Positions 1 through 10,465 are shown, counted from the stretch's first letter. The stretch: DNA of 64,000 nucleotides from Deltaproteobacteria bacterium (GCA_021780225.1 JAJXZF010000045.1:1847-65846), one strand, 5' to 3'. The notes: generated by a model from the sequence alone, not told the origin. A program made the numbers and translations.

Positions 1-153
1 CAAGCCGATTTGGCGCGAGCCGGGCGGGCCGGGTTTGCGCTCCAGCTTGATCACCTCGGCGCCCTGATCGGCCAGAATCCGCGTCGCCACCGGCCCGGCG
101 ACGACCCAGGTGAAATCGAGCACCCTGATTCCTTCGAGCGGCATCGGCGCCAT
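1..153 (-). CDS. Family III CoA-transferase (CaiB/BaiF), 5' part only; runs off the window
   Basis: Not in the ORF track. Minus strand from ATG at 153 reads [38 protein letters not shown], the standard CaiB/BaiF N-terminus. GAAGGAG RBS upstream. Confidence 0.9.
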   Translation of the reverse strand, partial: MAPMPLEGIRVLDFTWVVAGPVATRILADQGAEVIKLERKPGPPGSRQIGL

Positions 154-155
154 CG

Positions 156-1361
156 TCAAATCACTCCTTCCGCCGCGAGCGTCGCGATTTCGGCCGGATC
201 GAGGCCCAAGTCTTCGCGCAAGATTTCCTCGCTGTGCTCGCCGAGCAGCGGTGGACGGCGGCGCGCGCGCCAGGGCGTGCCGTTGAACAGATAGGGCGCT
301 CCCGGATAACGAATCTTGCGGCCGAGCTCGGGATGTTCGACTTCGACGAAGTAGCCGCGCGCGGCGAGCTGCTCGTCCTCGAATAACGCCTCCGGCCGGC
401 GGACGCTGGCGTAGGGCAGCCGCAGCATCTGCGCCCGCTCCAGCAATTCGTCGCGCGAGTAGTCCTTGACCCATTCGTCGAGCACGTCGAACAGATGCTC
501 GGCGTGCGCCGCGCGATAGATGACGTCTTCCCATTCGGGGTTGACGAGGTCCTGCGCCTTGCCGTCGCCCGCGACCCATTGCGCCAGCGAGGTCCAATCG
601 CCGAGCGAACAGTGCATCACGTACCCGTCGCGGCATCGCGCGACCCTGAAATAGCGGCTCCAATGAAGCGTGCCGCGGCGCGGCTCGACGCGGCCTTCGG
701 CGAAATAGCTGCCCGCGACATGCTCGACCGCGCTGATCGTCGCCTCCTGCATGCTCAGATCGATCCACTGGCCGTGTCCGATCCGGTCGCGCGCGAACAG
801 CGCGCACATCGCGGAGATCGCGGCGTAGCAGCCCGCGGAGTGATAAGCCTGCAGGCCCAGCGGCCGCACCGGTTTGCGGCCGGGCGAGCCGTTGACGTAG
901 AGCATGCCCGCCATCGCGGCGAGGATCGTGTCGTCGGCGGCGAAATCGCGATACGGGCCGGTCTGACCGAACGGCGCGATCGAGAGCAGGATCAGCGCGG
1001 GGTTCGCCGCGTGAAGCTCCTTCCATCCGACGCCCAGCTCGGCGATTGCGCCGGGCGCGAAACTTTCGATCACGAGGTCGGCGCCGCGCGCCAGCGCGAG
1101 CAAAATTTCACGTCCGCGCGGATTTTTCAGATCGAGCGTGAGCGACCGCTTGTTGAGATTGTAGAACCAGAAAAAAAGGCTGCGGTCGGGATGCGGCCGG
1201 TCGTCGAGAAACGGGCCGGAGCGGCGGCCGTCGTCGCCGCCGCGCGGTTCGATTTTGATCACGTCGGCGCCCATGTCAGCGAGCATCCGGCCGCATAGAT
1301 GGCCGCGGGCGGTGGTCAGATCGAGCACCTTGAGCCCGGCCAGCGCTCCGTCGTCGTTCAA
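156..1361 (-). CDS. Family III CoA-transferase (CaiB/BaiF), probably the non-catalytic subunit of a pair
   Basis: [55 protein letters not shown] start with AAAGGA RBS. Confidence 0.92.
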   Translation of the reverse strand: MNDDGALAGLKVLDLTTARGHLCGRMLADMGADVIKIEPRGGDDGRRSGPFLDDRPHPDRSLFFWFYNLNKRSLTLDLKNPRGREILLALARGADLVIESFAPGAIAELGVGWKELHAANPALILLSIAPFGQTGPYRDFAADDTILAAMAGMLYVNGSPGRKPVRPLGLQAYHSAGCYAAISAMCALFARDRIGHGQWIDLSMQEATISAVEHVAGSYFAEGRVEPRRGTLHWSRYFRVARCRDGYVMHCSLGDWTSLAQWVAGDGKAQDLVNPEWEDVIYRAAHAEHLFDVLDEWVKDYSRDELLERAQMLRLPYASVRRPEALFEDEQLAARGYFVEVEHPELGRKIRYPGAPYLFNGTPWRARRRPPLLGEHSEEILREDLGLDPAEIATLAAEGVI

Positions 1362-1530
1362 TTGCGAATCCTTTCGTGGCGCGTCCGTGCGATGCGGCGG
1401 CGGAGGCGTCGCAAACAGCCGCTCGCGGCATCACGGACAGATCGTTACGATTGGCGGGCACTATAGGAGAACCGCCGCCGGGTTTTCAAATTCCGTCCGG
1501 CGGCGGAGGCTTTCGCGAGCGGGGTAAACT

Positions 1531-2184
1531 ATGGATGGCGAAGCGGCAGGCGATATCTGGGTCGAGGCGTGGCTTTCGATTTGGGTGCGGCCGCGCGCGA
1601 CGATCCGGCGCATCGTCGATGCGGATCCGCGCAAGTTCGCGGTCGGAATCGCGTTCGTGGCGGGCGCGCTCGCGATGGTGAATATACGCGCCAGTCTGGT
1701 CAATGCTCCGATGCCGCACATGCATATGCGGATGCCCCAGATCGGTCCGCTGGGTCTTGCGTTGGCGGCGCTGTTCATGGGCGGCGTGAACGTCGCGATG
1801 CTGTATGTGTTCGGCGCGCTCTACCGATGGTCGGGCGCGATGCTGGGCGGGGCGGCGAACGCGGTTCAGGTGCGGGCGGCGCTGGCGTGGGCGCAAGTGC
1901 CGGAAATCTATCTGACGATTGTCGCGATACTCGTGGCCGCGCTTGGTCTGGCCGGCGCGCCTGCGGGCGTCTATCCGAGACATTCGGCATTCGGACTAAT
2001 CGAGGGAATCGTGACGATTTGGGCGTTCGTGATTTCGCTCAAATGCCTCGGCGAAGTGCACGGGTTCTCGGCCTGGCGGGCGCTCGGCGCGGTTTTGCTG
2101 GGTCTGTTGGCGATCGTTATCGTTCTGGTCGCCGTGATGATCACGGTTCATCTGGCGATCACCGCCGGCCGTGCGCTCGCGTGA
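1531..2184 (+). CDS. Yip1-family membrane protein
   Basis: W-S-I-W-x-R-P-R-A-T-I-R start, about 5 hydrophobic segments, EVHGFSAWRALG motif. Confidence 0.8.
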   Translation: MDGEAAGDIWVEAWLSIWVRPRATIRRIVDADPRKFAVGIAFVAGALAMVNIRASLVNAPMPHMHMRMPQIGPLGLALAALFMGGVNVAMLYVFGALYRWSGAMLGGAANAVQVRAALAWAQVPEIYLTIVAILVAALGLAGAPAGVYPRHSAFGLIEGIVTIWAFVISLKCLGEVHGFSAWRALGAVLLGLLAIVIVLVAVMITVHLAITAGRALA

Positions 2185-2268
2185 ACGCATTGGCGAGTCT
2201 CGCGCCGGCGCGATTCGATCGGCTATTCTTAATTCGATTAACGCGTAATCGCGTGCAAACGAAGGAGT

Positions 2269-5208
2269 TTGACGGCCGCGCCGGCTGTTCGCCGCCGCGC
2301 GCCGAATCCGCCTGTGGCCGAGACCGACTATAAAGCGACGCTGAAACTGCCCAAGACCGACTTCCCAATGAAGGCGAATCTGCCGAAGCGGGAGCCGGAA
2401 CTGCTCAAACGCTGGAACGAGACGAATCTCTATGCGCGCATCCTTGAGGCGCGCGCAAACGCGCAGAGCTGGATTCTGCACGACGGGCCGCCCTACGCGA
2501 ACGGCCGCGTGCACATGGGCACCGCGCTCAACAAGGCGCTCAAGGATTTCGTGGTGCGGTCGCGCTCGATGATGGGGTTCCGGACGCCGTACGTGCCGGG
2601 ATGGGACTGTCACGGGATGCCGATCGAGTTCAAAGTCTCGCGCGATTTGGGCGAGAAGGCGCGCACGCTTTCCAAGCTCGAATTGCGCCGGTTGTGCCGC
2701 GCCGAGGCGGAAAAATGGATCGAGATCCAGCGCGCGGATTTCATGCGGCTCGGATGCGTCGGCGACTGGTACCGGCCGTATATCACGATGGACCCGGAGT
2801 ACGACGCGGCTGAAATCGGCGTGCTGCGCAAGCTCACGGCGGCCGGCTACGTCTATCGCGGCCTGCGCCCGGTCCATTGGTGCTTTTCCGATCGCACCGC
2901 GCTGGCCGAGGCGGAGGTCGAATACCGCGAACATAAGTCGCCGTCGATCTACGTCGCTTTCGCGTTCAACGATGCGGCGGGCGACGCCGCCGCGCTGGCG
3001 GCGAATTCGGCCGAAGGCGCTGAGCTGGAAGCGGCGCGGCGCGCGGGCAAACTGTTCGCCGTGATCTGGACCACCACGCCGTGGACGCTGCCGGCGAATC
3101 TCGGCGTCAGCCTCAACCCGACGTTCGAGTACGTCGCGCTCAAGGTGGGCGACAACTATTACGTCGTCGCCGAGCGGCTGGCCGATGCGGTCGCGAAGGA
3201 ATGCGGCCTGACTGTTGAAAAAACGATCGCGCTTGATGCGGCCGCGCTGCGCGCGCTGGACGGCCGCGACATCTTCCGCCATCCATTTGCCGGCCGCGAC
3301 GTCAAGTTGATGTACGGCGATCACGTTACGGCGGAAGCCGGCACAGGTCTCGTGCATACCGCGCCCGGCCACGGCTACGAGGACTTCGTGGTCGGCAATC
3401 AGTACGGGCTGAAGCCGTTCACTCCCGTCGATCGCACGGGAACGTTCACGGCGGAAGCGGGCGAATGGGCGGGACGGAACGTCTTCAAGGCGAACCCGGC
3501 GATCGTCGCGAAGCTGAAGGAACTCGGCGCGCTGCTGCATGCGCACGACTACGCGCACAGCTATCCGCATTGCTGGCGCTGCAAGAATCCGCTGATTTTC
3601 CTTGCCGCCGAACAGTGGTTTCTGCGCATCGACCACGACCGGCTGCGCGAGCGGGTGATCGCGGAAATCGACGCGGTGCAATGGATTCCGGCGTGGTCGC
3701 GCGATCGGATTCGCAACATGACCGAGACCCGCCCGGACTGGTGCCTGTCGCGCCAGCGCGCGTGGGGCGTGCCGATTCCGGCGCTGCGTTGCGCGGGATG
3801 CGGGGGCGTCGAATTGTATGACGACGTAATGCGCGCGGCGGAGGAGATCTTCGCGCGCGAAGGATCCGATGCGTGGTTCGTGCGGCCGGCCGGCGATTTC
3901 GCCGGCTCGGTCAAGTGCGCGAATTGCGGCGGCGGCGAATTCACGAAAGAAGAGGACGTGCTCGACGTCTGGTTCGATTCGGGTTCGTCGCAGGCCGCCG
4001 TGCTGGGCAAACGGCCCGAGTTGTCATGGCCGGCCGACGCCTATCTCGAAGCGGTCGAGCAGGCGCGCGGATGGTTCGGATCGTCGCTGACCTGCGCGGT
4101 CGCCGAGCGCGGCCACGCGCCCTTTCGCAGCGTGATCAGCCACGGGCTGACGGTCGATGAGCAGGGCCGCAAAATGTCGAAGTCGCTCGGTAATTCGGAG
4201 GACGCCGCCGACGCGGTCAACCGGATCGGCGCCGACGTGCTGCGGCTGGTCTATGCGTCGCTCGATTACACCAGCGAGCTGGCGCTGGGGCCGACCATCT
4301 ACAGTTCGGTCGCCGAATCCTACCGCAAGATTCGCAACACCTGCCGCTACATGCTCGGCAACCTCTACGATTTCGAGCCGGCGCGCGACGCGCTGGCGCC
4401 GCCGGCGATGCTCGAATTCGACCGCTATATCCTCGGCCGCTTCGAGAAACTCAAAGCTGAAGTCAGAAACGCATACGAGGCGTATGACTTTCAGGCGGCA
4501 TACCGCTTGATGCTGAATTTCGTGGTGGTCGAGCTGAGCTCGCTCTATATCGACGTGACCCGCGATCGGCTCTACTGCGACGCCGAAGATTCATGTGAGC
4601 GGCGCTCGGCGCAAAGCGCGCTTTATATGATGGTGGACGGATTGGCGCGGATGCTGGCGCCGCTGATTCCCTACACGGCGGACGAGATCTATTCGCATAT
4701 TCCCGGACGCACGGGCGACAGCGTGCATCTGCTGACGCTTACGCCGCCCGACGAGCGATTTATCGACGCCGAACTCGACGCGCGTTGGGACCGGCTGCTC
4801 GCGGTGCGGGGCGCGGCGCTGATGACCCTAGAAAGTCAACGAGTACACGGGACGATCGGTTCACCGCTTGATGCTCAATTGGATATCTTTGTCCCTAACG
4901 AATGGCCGCCAATGATGTACGATGGCCGAACTGCGCCTGAAGGCTTTGGGCAATTTTTGAAGGGCTCATGCTCCCTGCTTTCTGATCTTTTTATTGTCTC
5001 AAACGTGCGAGTGCATATCGACGGAATGGCTGACGAGTTTGTCCGAAACCCTCAGCGAACTCCCAATAGCGTCGTTTCCACCTATGAAGATTTAGGAATT
5101 GTAATTTTTGGCAGGAAAGCGGCGGGGCGGAAGTGTCCGCGATGCTGGAAGTATTTCGAGGGCGAAGGCGAGCTTGATGAGCGCTGCCGGACGGTCGTCG
5201 GTGGCTGA
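2269..5208 (+). CDS. ileS: Isoleucyl-tRNA synthetase (type 1); start may be GTG at 2314
   Basis: DYKATLKLPKTDFPMKANL, HDGPPYANG-HMGT, GWDCHG, WTTTPWTLPAN, GTGLVHTAPGHG, DWCLSRQR, KMSKS, C-terminal KCPRCW. Followed by lspA. Confidence 0.98.
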   Translation: MTAAPAVRRRAPNPPVAETDYKATLKLPKTDFPMKANLPKREPELLKRWNETNLYARILEARANAQSWILHDGPPYANGRVHMGTALNKALKDFVVRSRSMMGFRTPYVPGWDCHGMPIEFKVSRDLGEKARTLSKLELRRLCRAEAEKWIEIQRADFMRLGCVGDWYRPYITMDPEYDAAEIGVLRKLTAAGYVYRGLRPVHWCFSDRTALAEAEVEYREHKSPSIYVAFAFNDAAGDAAALAANSAEGAELEAARRAGKLFAVIWTTTPWTLPANLGVSLNPTFEYVALKVGDNYYVVAERLADAVAKECGLTVEKTIALDAAALRALDGRDIFRHPFAGRDVKLMYGDHVTAEAGTGLVHTAPGHGYEDFVVGNQYGLKPFTPVDRTGTFTAEAGEWAGRNVFKANPAIVAKLKELGALLHAHDYAHSYPHCWRCKNPLIFLAAEQWFLRIDHDRLRERVIAEIDAVQWIPAWSRDRIRNMTETRPDWCLSRQRAWGVPIPALRCAGCGGVELYDDVMRAAEEIFAREGSDAWFVRPAGDFAGSVKCANCGGGEFTKEEDVLDVWFDSGSSQAAVLGKRPELSWPADAYLEAVEQARGWFGSSLTCAVAERGHAPFRSVISHGLTVDEQGRKMSKSLGNSEDAADAVNRIGADVLRLVYASLDYTSELALGPTIYSSVAESYRKIRNTCRYMLGNLYDFEPARDALAPPAMLEFDRYILGRFEKLKAEVRNAYEAYDFQAAYRLMLNFVVVELSSLYIDVTRDRLYCDAEDSCERRSAQSALYMMVDGLARMLAPLIPYTADEIYSHIPGRTGDSVHLLTLTPPDERFIDAELDARWDRLLAVRGAALMTLESQRVHGTIGSPLDAQLDIFVPNEWPPMMYDGRTAPEGFGQFLKGSCSLLSDLFIVSNVRVHIDGMADEFVRNPQRTPNSVVSTYEDLGIVIFGRKAAGRKCPRCWKYFEGEGELDERCRTVVGG

Positions 5209-5752
5209 GCCGATAGCGCGGCGCGCGCCGACTGAGGGCGCCGCGCGCGGTTTACAAGGCCGGCGCTGGCTGGGGCCGATGCTTCTATTCGTGACCGCGC
5301 CGGTGGTGCTGATCGATCAGCTCAGCAAAATTTATGTCCGCGCACATTTCAGTTTGAATCAGACGCTGCCGCTGATTCCGGGCTGGCTGGATCTGACCTA
5401 CACGCGCAATCCCGGCGCCGCTTTCAGTCTGTTCGCGACGATGCCGCAATGGTTTCGGCATGGATTTTTCCTCGCGATTTCAGTCGCCGCGATCGTCGTG
5501 CTGACGGCTCTGATGGCGCGGCGGACGACGCCGGCGCGGATCGCGGCGGCGTTCGCTCTGGTCCTGGGCGGCACGATCGGCAATTTGATCGATCGGCTGT
5601 CGCGCGGTCTGGTCACCGACTTCATCTATTTCCATCACGCGAGCTTCAGCTACCCGGTCTTCAATATCGCGGATTCGGCGATCACGGTCGGCGTCGCGAT
5701 GATCCTGCTGTTCACCTGGCTCGACGATCGCGCCGCCGCGCGCGCGGTTTGA
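5201..5752 (+). CDS. lspA: Lipoprotein signal peptidase II
   Basis: DQLSK, NPGAAFS, GNLIDR, VTDFI, FNIADSAI. GTG start overlaps the ileS stop. Confidence 0.96.
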   Translation: MAEPIARRAPTEGAARGLQGRRWLGPMLLFVTAPVVLIDQLSKIYVRAHFSLNQTLPLIPGWLDLTYTRNPGAAFSLFATMPQWFRHGFFLAISVAAIVVLTALMARRTTPARIAAAFALVLGGTIGNLIDRLSRGLVTDFIYFHHASFSYPVFNIADSAITVGVAMILLFTWLDDRAAARAV

Positions 5753-5765
5753 CGGCGCCGCGGCG

Positions 5766-6842
5766 TCAGGCGAGCGCGCTGACGATTTCGTCGAAGCCGA
5801 GCGGTTTCGTGAAAGCGTGGCCGAGCCGATCGATCAGAACGAATTCGACGCCGGCGCCGGCGCGTTTCTTGTCGAGCTTGAGCGCGCGCTCGAATTCCTC
5901 CCCGCGCCATCCGGCGGGCAACCGGGTATCGAGCCCGGCGGATTGAATCAGCGCGAGCAGGCGCTGGGCCTCGTCGTCGGGGAGCTTGGCGTAGGCGCGG
6001 GACAGCGCGGTCGCCGCGCCCATCCCGATCGCCACCGCTTCGCCGTGCAGCAGGCTGCCGTAGCCGGCGGAGGCTTCGAGCGCGTGGCCGACGGTATGGC
6101 CGAAGTTGAGGATCTTGCGCAGGCCGCCCTCGCGTTCGTCGTTCTCGACGACGAAGGCTTTGTGCCGCAGCGAGCGTTCGACGAATTCGACGAGAGTATC
6201 CGGATCGCGGCGCAGGATCGCGGGCATCGCGGCTTCCAGCGCCGCGATCATCGGAGCGTCCATGATCGCGCCGTACTTGATCACCTCGGCGAGGCCTTCG
6301 CGGAAGGCGCGATCGGGCAGCGTCGCCAGCGTCGCGACGTCGGCGACGACCACGCGCGGCTGATGGAACGCGCCGATCAGATTTTTCGCCGCCGCATGGT
6401 TGATTCCGGTTTTGCCGCCCAGCGCCGAATCGACCTGCGCCAGCATCGTGGTGGGAATTTGCACGACCGCGACGCCGCGCATCCAGATGGCGGCGGCGAA
6501 TCCCGCGAGATCGCCGACCACGCCTCCGCCGAGCGCGAAGACGGCGCTGGAACGATCGAGGCCGGCGGCGGCGAAACGATCAAACAATTCCGCAAGCGTC
6601 GCGAGCGATTTGCTGGCCTCGCCGGCTGCGACGATCGTGATGGTCAGGTCAAAACCGGCCGCGCGGAGCGAAGCCGCCACGCGATCGGCATACAGCGGAG
6701 CGACAAGGGAGTCGGTCACGATCGCGGCGCGGCCCGGTTTCAGTCCGGCGTCGCGGGCAAGCTCGCCGACGCGGTCGAGCGCGCCCGCGCCGACATGCAC
6801 CGGATGAGCGTTCGGGCCGAGATTTACGCGGAAGTCGCCCAT
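5766..6842 (-). CDS. aroB: 3-dehydroquinate synthase
   Basis: GEASKS, GGGVVGDLAGF, PTTMLAQVDSALGGKTGIN, KNLIGAFHQP, LNFGHTVGHALE, HGEAV. Confidence 0.97.
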   Translation of the reverse strand: MGDFRVNLGPNAHPVHVGAGALDRVGELARDAGLKPGRAAIVTDSLVAPLYADRVAASLRAAGFDLTITIVAAGEASKSLATLAELFDRFAAAGLDRSSAVFALGGGVVGDLAGFAAAIWMRGVAVVQIPTTMLAQVDSALGGKTGINHAAAKNLIGAFHQPRVVVADVATLATLPDRAFREGLAEVIKYGAIMDAPMIAALEAAMPAILRRDPDTLVEFVERSLRHKAFVVENDEREGGLRKILNFGHTVGHALEASAGYGSLLHGEAVAIGMGAATALSRAYAKLPDDEAQRLLALIQSAGLDTRLPAGWRGEEFERALKLDKKRAGAGVEFVLIDRLGHAFTKPLGFDEIVSALA

Positions 6843-7399
6843 GATTCGCGTCCATACCGGCCGAACGCCTCAATGATGGCGATGGCCGTTTGTGCGATCG
6901 TTAGGTCGGAGGTGTCGATCGCGAGGTGTGCGCGGGCGTAGGACTCGCGCCGCGCTTCAATCAGTTCGGCGATCCGCTGATCGAGCGGTTTGCCGCCCTG
7001 CGCGAGCATCGGGCGCGAGGCCGCGGCTGGTCCGATTCGTCGCGCGATCACCTCGGGTCGCGCCGTCAGGCAAACGATCACGCCGATGCGGCTGAGGGCG
7101 TTGAAGTTGCGGGGATCGACGAGCGCGCCGCCGCCGGTCGCGATCACCGCCGGCAGCGGCCGGCCCGATTGAGGGCAGCGCAGGCGTTCGCCGGCCAGTT
7201 CGGCGATCAGCTCGCGCTCCAGCTTGCGAAAGGAAGCCTCGCCCCGCTCGCGAAAAATTTCGGCTATCGGCATGCCCGCGCGCGCGACGATCATCGCGTC
7301 GCAATCGATCAGGCGCCAGCCGAGCATTGCGGCGCAGGCTTGCGCGGCCACGCTTTTGCCGGTGGCCATAAAGCCGGTCAGGATTAACTTCGGCGCCAT
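6824..7399 (-). CDS. aroK: Shikimate kinase
   Basis: GFMATGKS P-loop, IFRERGEASFRKLE, IATGGG, SRPML. Lies between aroC and aroB. Confidence 0.95.
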   Translation of the reverse strand: MAPKLILTGFMATGKSVAAQACAAMLGWRLIDCDAMIVARAGMPIAEIFRERGEASFRKLERELIAELAGERLRCPQSGRPLPAVIATGGGALVDPRNFNALSRIGVIVCLTARPEVIARRIGPAAASRPMLAQGGKPLDQRIAELIEARRESYARAHLAIDTSDLTIAQTAIAIIEAFGRYGRESWATSA

Positions 7400-7415
7400 C
7401 GCCGGTGCGCTTCGT

Positions 7416-8582
7416 TCAATAATCGCGGACCTGATCGAGATAGCCGCGGTAATTGCGTGTGATTTCGGCCAGCGAATCGCCGCCGAATTTTTCCAGAAAT
7501 GCGCGCGCCAACTCGAAGGCGACCACGGTTTCCGCGATCACGGCGGCGGCCGGAATTGCGCAAACGTCGGAACGCTCGATCGCGCCGACGGCCTCCGCCT
7601 TGGTTTTGAGGTCAACCGACTTCAACGGGCGCATCAGGGTCGAAAGCGGCTTGAACGCGACGCGCACGCGCATCGGCTCGCCCGTCGTCATCCCGCCTTC
7701 GGTGCCGCCGGAGTTGTTGGAATGGCGGGTGAACCTGCGCGCGGATGAGTCGTAGCCGATTTCGTCGTGCAATGCGGAACCGCGCACGCGCGCGGCTTGA
7801 AAGCCGATGCCGATTTCGACGCCTTTGACCGCCTGCAGGCTGAGCAGCGCCTGCGCGAGGCGGCCGTCGAGCTTGCGATCCCATTGCACGTGGCTGCCGA
7901 GACCGACCGGCAGGCCGGCCGCAATCACTTCAACCACGCCGCCGAGCGTGTCGCCTTCCTTTTTGCAGGCGTCGATTTCCGCGATAATCGCCCGCTCCGC
8001 CTCGGCGTCGGCTACGCGCACCTGCGACTCCTCGGCGATGCGCGCGAGTTCATCGAGGCCGAGATTTGGCGGCACTCGCGCTTCGGTCGAGCCGATGCTG
8101 GCGACGTAGCCGAGGACCTTGACGCCGAAGGGCGACAGCAGTTGGCGGGCGAACGAGCCTGCCGCCACGCGCATCGTGGTTTCCCGGGCCGAGGCCCGTT
8201 CCAGCACGTCGCGGATATCTTCGAGGTTGTATTTGAGGACGCCGGCGAGATCGGCGTGACCCGGTCGGGGACGCGTGACGACTTTGGCCTCGCCGCGATT
8301 GGCGGGGTCCGCGGACATCCGCTTTTCCCAGTTCTTGAAGTCGCGATTCTCGACGATCAGCGTTACCGGGCTGCCCATCGTACGCCCGAACCTGATTCCC
8401 GAAACGACGCGCGCCTCGTCCCGCTCGATCGCCATCCGGCCGCCCCGGCCGTAGCCTTTCTGTCGGCGCGCGAGATCGCGGTTGATGGCGGCGAGGTCAA
8501 TCTCGAACCCCGCCGGCGCGCCTTCGATAACGGCCACCAGCTCCGGTCCGTGGGATTCTCCTGCGGTAAGAAAACGCAACAT
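7416..8582 (-). CDS. aroC: Chorismate synthase
   Basis: MLRFLTAGESHG, RPRPGHADL, ERASARET, NNSGGTEGGMTTG, ERSDVCA. Start moved to ATG at 8582. Confidence 0.98.
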   Translation of the reverse strand: MLRFLTAGESHGPELVAVIEGAPAGFEIDLAAINRDLARRQKGYGRGGRMAIERDEARVVSGIRFGRTMGSPVTLIVENRDFKNWEKRMSADPANRGEAKVVTRPRPGHADLAGVLKYNLEDIRDVLERASARETTMRVAAGSFARQLLSPFGVKVLGYVASIGSTEARVPPNLGLDELARIAEESQVRVADAEAERAIIAEIDACKKEGDTLGGVVEVIAAGLPVGLGSHVQWDRKLDGRLAQALLSLQAVKGVEIGIGFQAARVRGSALHDEIGYDSSARRFTRHSNNSGGTEGGMTTGEPMRVRVAFKPLSTLMRPLKSVDLKTKAEAVGAIERSDVCAIPAAAVIAETVVAFELARAFLEKFGGDSLAEITRNYRGYLDQVRDY

Positions 8583-8800
8583 CCAAATAACTTTACCCGG
8601 AAGCTCGCTGGGGTGCATCCGGGGGCTTCCGATTCAACCAGAGAAGCCCGGTTCGGGGAAGAGTCATCCTACTGAGCATTAAAAGTCGCAATTTGTTCAT
8701 CAAGCATTCCAAGTGAATTAAAGCGCCATTTATACCGCAACAATCCGCCGATGGTTCTCTTCGGAAGCCCTGTTTCGTGGGCCGGAGGAGATCATTGAAA

Positions 8801-10465
8801 ATGAAACATCCGCAACGAAGACGCGTCGGGAGGCGGCTCGCGGCCTTCGCAGCCGGCTTGGGTCTGCTTGGTGCGGCCGGTTTCGCGAATCCGGCGTTCG
8901 CGCGATCGCGCGGGGGACAGAGTGCGGAAACGCTGACCCCGATTCAGCACATCGTCGTAATCTTTCAGGAGAACGTATCGTTCGATCACTACTTCGCGAC
9001 CTATCCGTACGCCGCGAATACCGACGGCACGACCTTCGAGCCGGCGAAGGATCATCGGGGCACGCCGACCGTCAACGGATTGGGAACGCTGGTCGAGGGC
9101 GAGCCGAGCGGAGTGCTGCTCACGGCCAATCCCAACACCTACAGCGGCTCGCGCGCGAATCCATTCCGGCTTTCGCACAGCCAGGCTTCCACCTGCGACC
9201 AGGATCACAATTACGGCGCGGAGCAGTTGGCGTTCGATTTCGGCCTGATGGACAATTTTCCGGATACCGTCGGTTCGGGCAGTTGCGGCGGATTCGATTA
9301 CGGTCACGGCAACGCGATCGTGATGGGCTACTTTGACGGCAACACCGTCACCGGGGTCTGGAATTACGCTCAACACTACGCGATAAGCGACAACTCGTTC
9401 GGCACGACCTTTGGTCCTTCGACGCCGGGCGCGCTGAATCTTATCGCCGGAAGCACCTACGGCGCGAAGATCATCACGGGCGGCAGCCCGAAAGTGGTGG
9501 CGACCAACGGTTCGGGAATCGGCACGCTGGTCGGCGATCTCGATCCGGCGGGCGACCCCTGCTCGGGCGGCACGACGATCGGCATGACCGGCACGAATAT
9601 CGGCGATCTGCTGAACGCGAAAGGCGTGAGCTGGGGATGGTTCGAAGGCGGTTTCGATCTGCAAACGACGAATCCGAACGGCACCACCGGGTGCAACCGG
9701 TCGAGTCCCGCGACCCCGGCCAACGGCGGTCCGATGCAGGACTACATTCCGCATCACGAGCCGTTCCAGTATTACGCTTCGACGCAGAACCTGAATCACA
9801 CGCGTCCGAGCGTGCCGGCCGCGATGTACGGCACGAGCGCGGACACCGGCGCGAACCATCAATACGACATCAACGATCTATTCGCCGCGATGCAGGCTGG
9901 AAATATGCCGGCGGTGACTTTCATCAAGGCGCCGGGATGGGGCGACGGCCACGCGGGTTATTCCGATCCGCTGCTCGAACAGACCTTCCTCGTCAACACG
10001 ATCAACACGATCGAGAAGTCGAAGTTCTGGATGAATACGGCGATCATCATCAACTATGACGACTCCGACGGCTGGTACGATCACCAGATGAATCCGATCG
10101 TCAACTCGTCGGCGCTGACGAATTCCAATCAGGCCCAGTACGGCGACAACCTCACCGGAACGGGCAAATGCGGCAACGGCGCGCCGCTGTTGACGGACGA
10201 CAATGGAAACCCGATACAGGGACGATGCGGCTACGGACCGCGCCTGGTCTTCATGGTGCTCTCGCCCTACGCGAAGCAAAACTACGTTGACCATACGCTG
10301 ACCGACCAAAGCTCGATCATCCGGTTCATTGAGGACAATTGGGGTTTGCCGCGGATCGGCAACGGTTCGTACGACGCGATCGCCGGGCCGATCGCCAACA
10401 TGTTCGATTTCGCCGATCGGGAAAACGCGGAGCCGCTGATTCTCGATCCGGCCACCGGCGACTGA
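8801..10465 (+). CDS. Secreted phosphoesterase (phospholipase C / AcpA acid phosphatase family)
   Basis: Signal peptide ending AFA; IQHIVVIFQENVSFDHYF, FGPSTPG, PHHEPFQY, DGHAGYSDP, YDDSDGWYDH, GYGPR, DQSSIIRFIE. Confidence 0.9.
   Translation: MKHPQRRRVGRRLAAFAAGLGLLGAAGFANPAFARSRGGQSAETLTPIQHIVVIFQENVSFDHYFATYPYAANTDGTTFEPAKDHRGTPTVNGLGTLVEGEPSGVLLTANPNTYSGSRANPFRLSHSQASTCDQDHNYGAEQLAFDFGLMDNFPDTVGSGSCGGFDYGHGNAIVMGYFDGNTVTGVWNYAQHYAISDNSFGTTFGPSTPGALNLIAGSTYGAKIITGGSPKVVATNGSGIGTLVGDLDPAGDPCSGGTTIGMTGTNIGDLLNAKGVSWGWFEGGFDLQTTNPNGTTGCNRSSPATPANGGPMQDYIPHHEPFQYYASTQNLNHTRPSVPAAMYGTSADTGANHQYDINDLFAAMQAGNMPAVTFIKAPGWGDGHAGYSDPLLEQTFLVNTINTIEKSKFWMNTAIIINYDDSDGWYDHQMNPIVNSSALTNSNQAQYGDNLTGTGKCGNGAPLLTDDNGNPIQGRCGYGPRLVFMVLSPYAKQNYVDHTLTDQSSIIRFIEDNWGLPRIGNGSYDAIAGPIANMFDFADRENAEPLILDPATGD

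Noticed and set aside
8680-8800. Pho box upstream of the phosphoesterase
   Set aside because: No convincing 11-bp-spaced GTCA(T/C) direct repeat.
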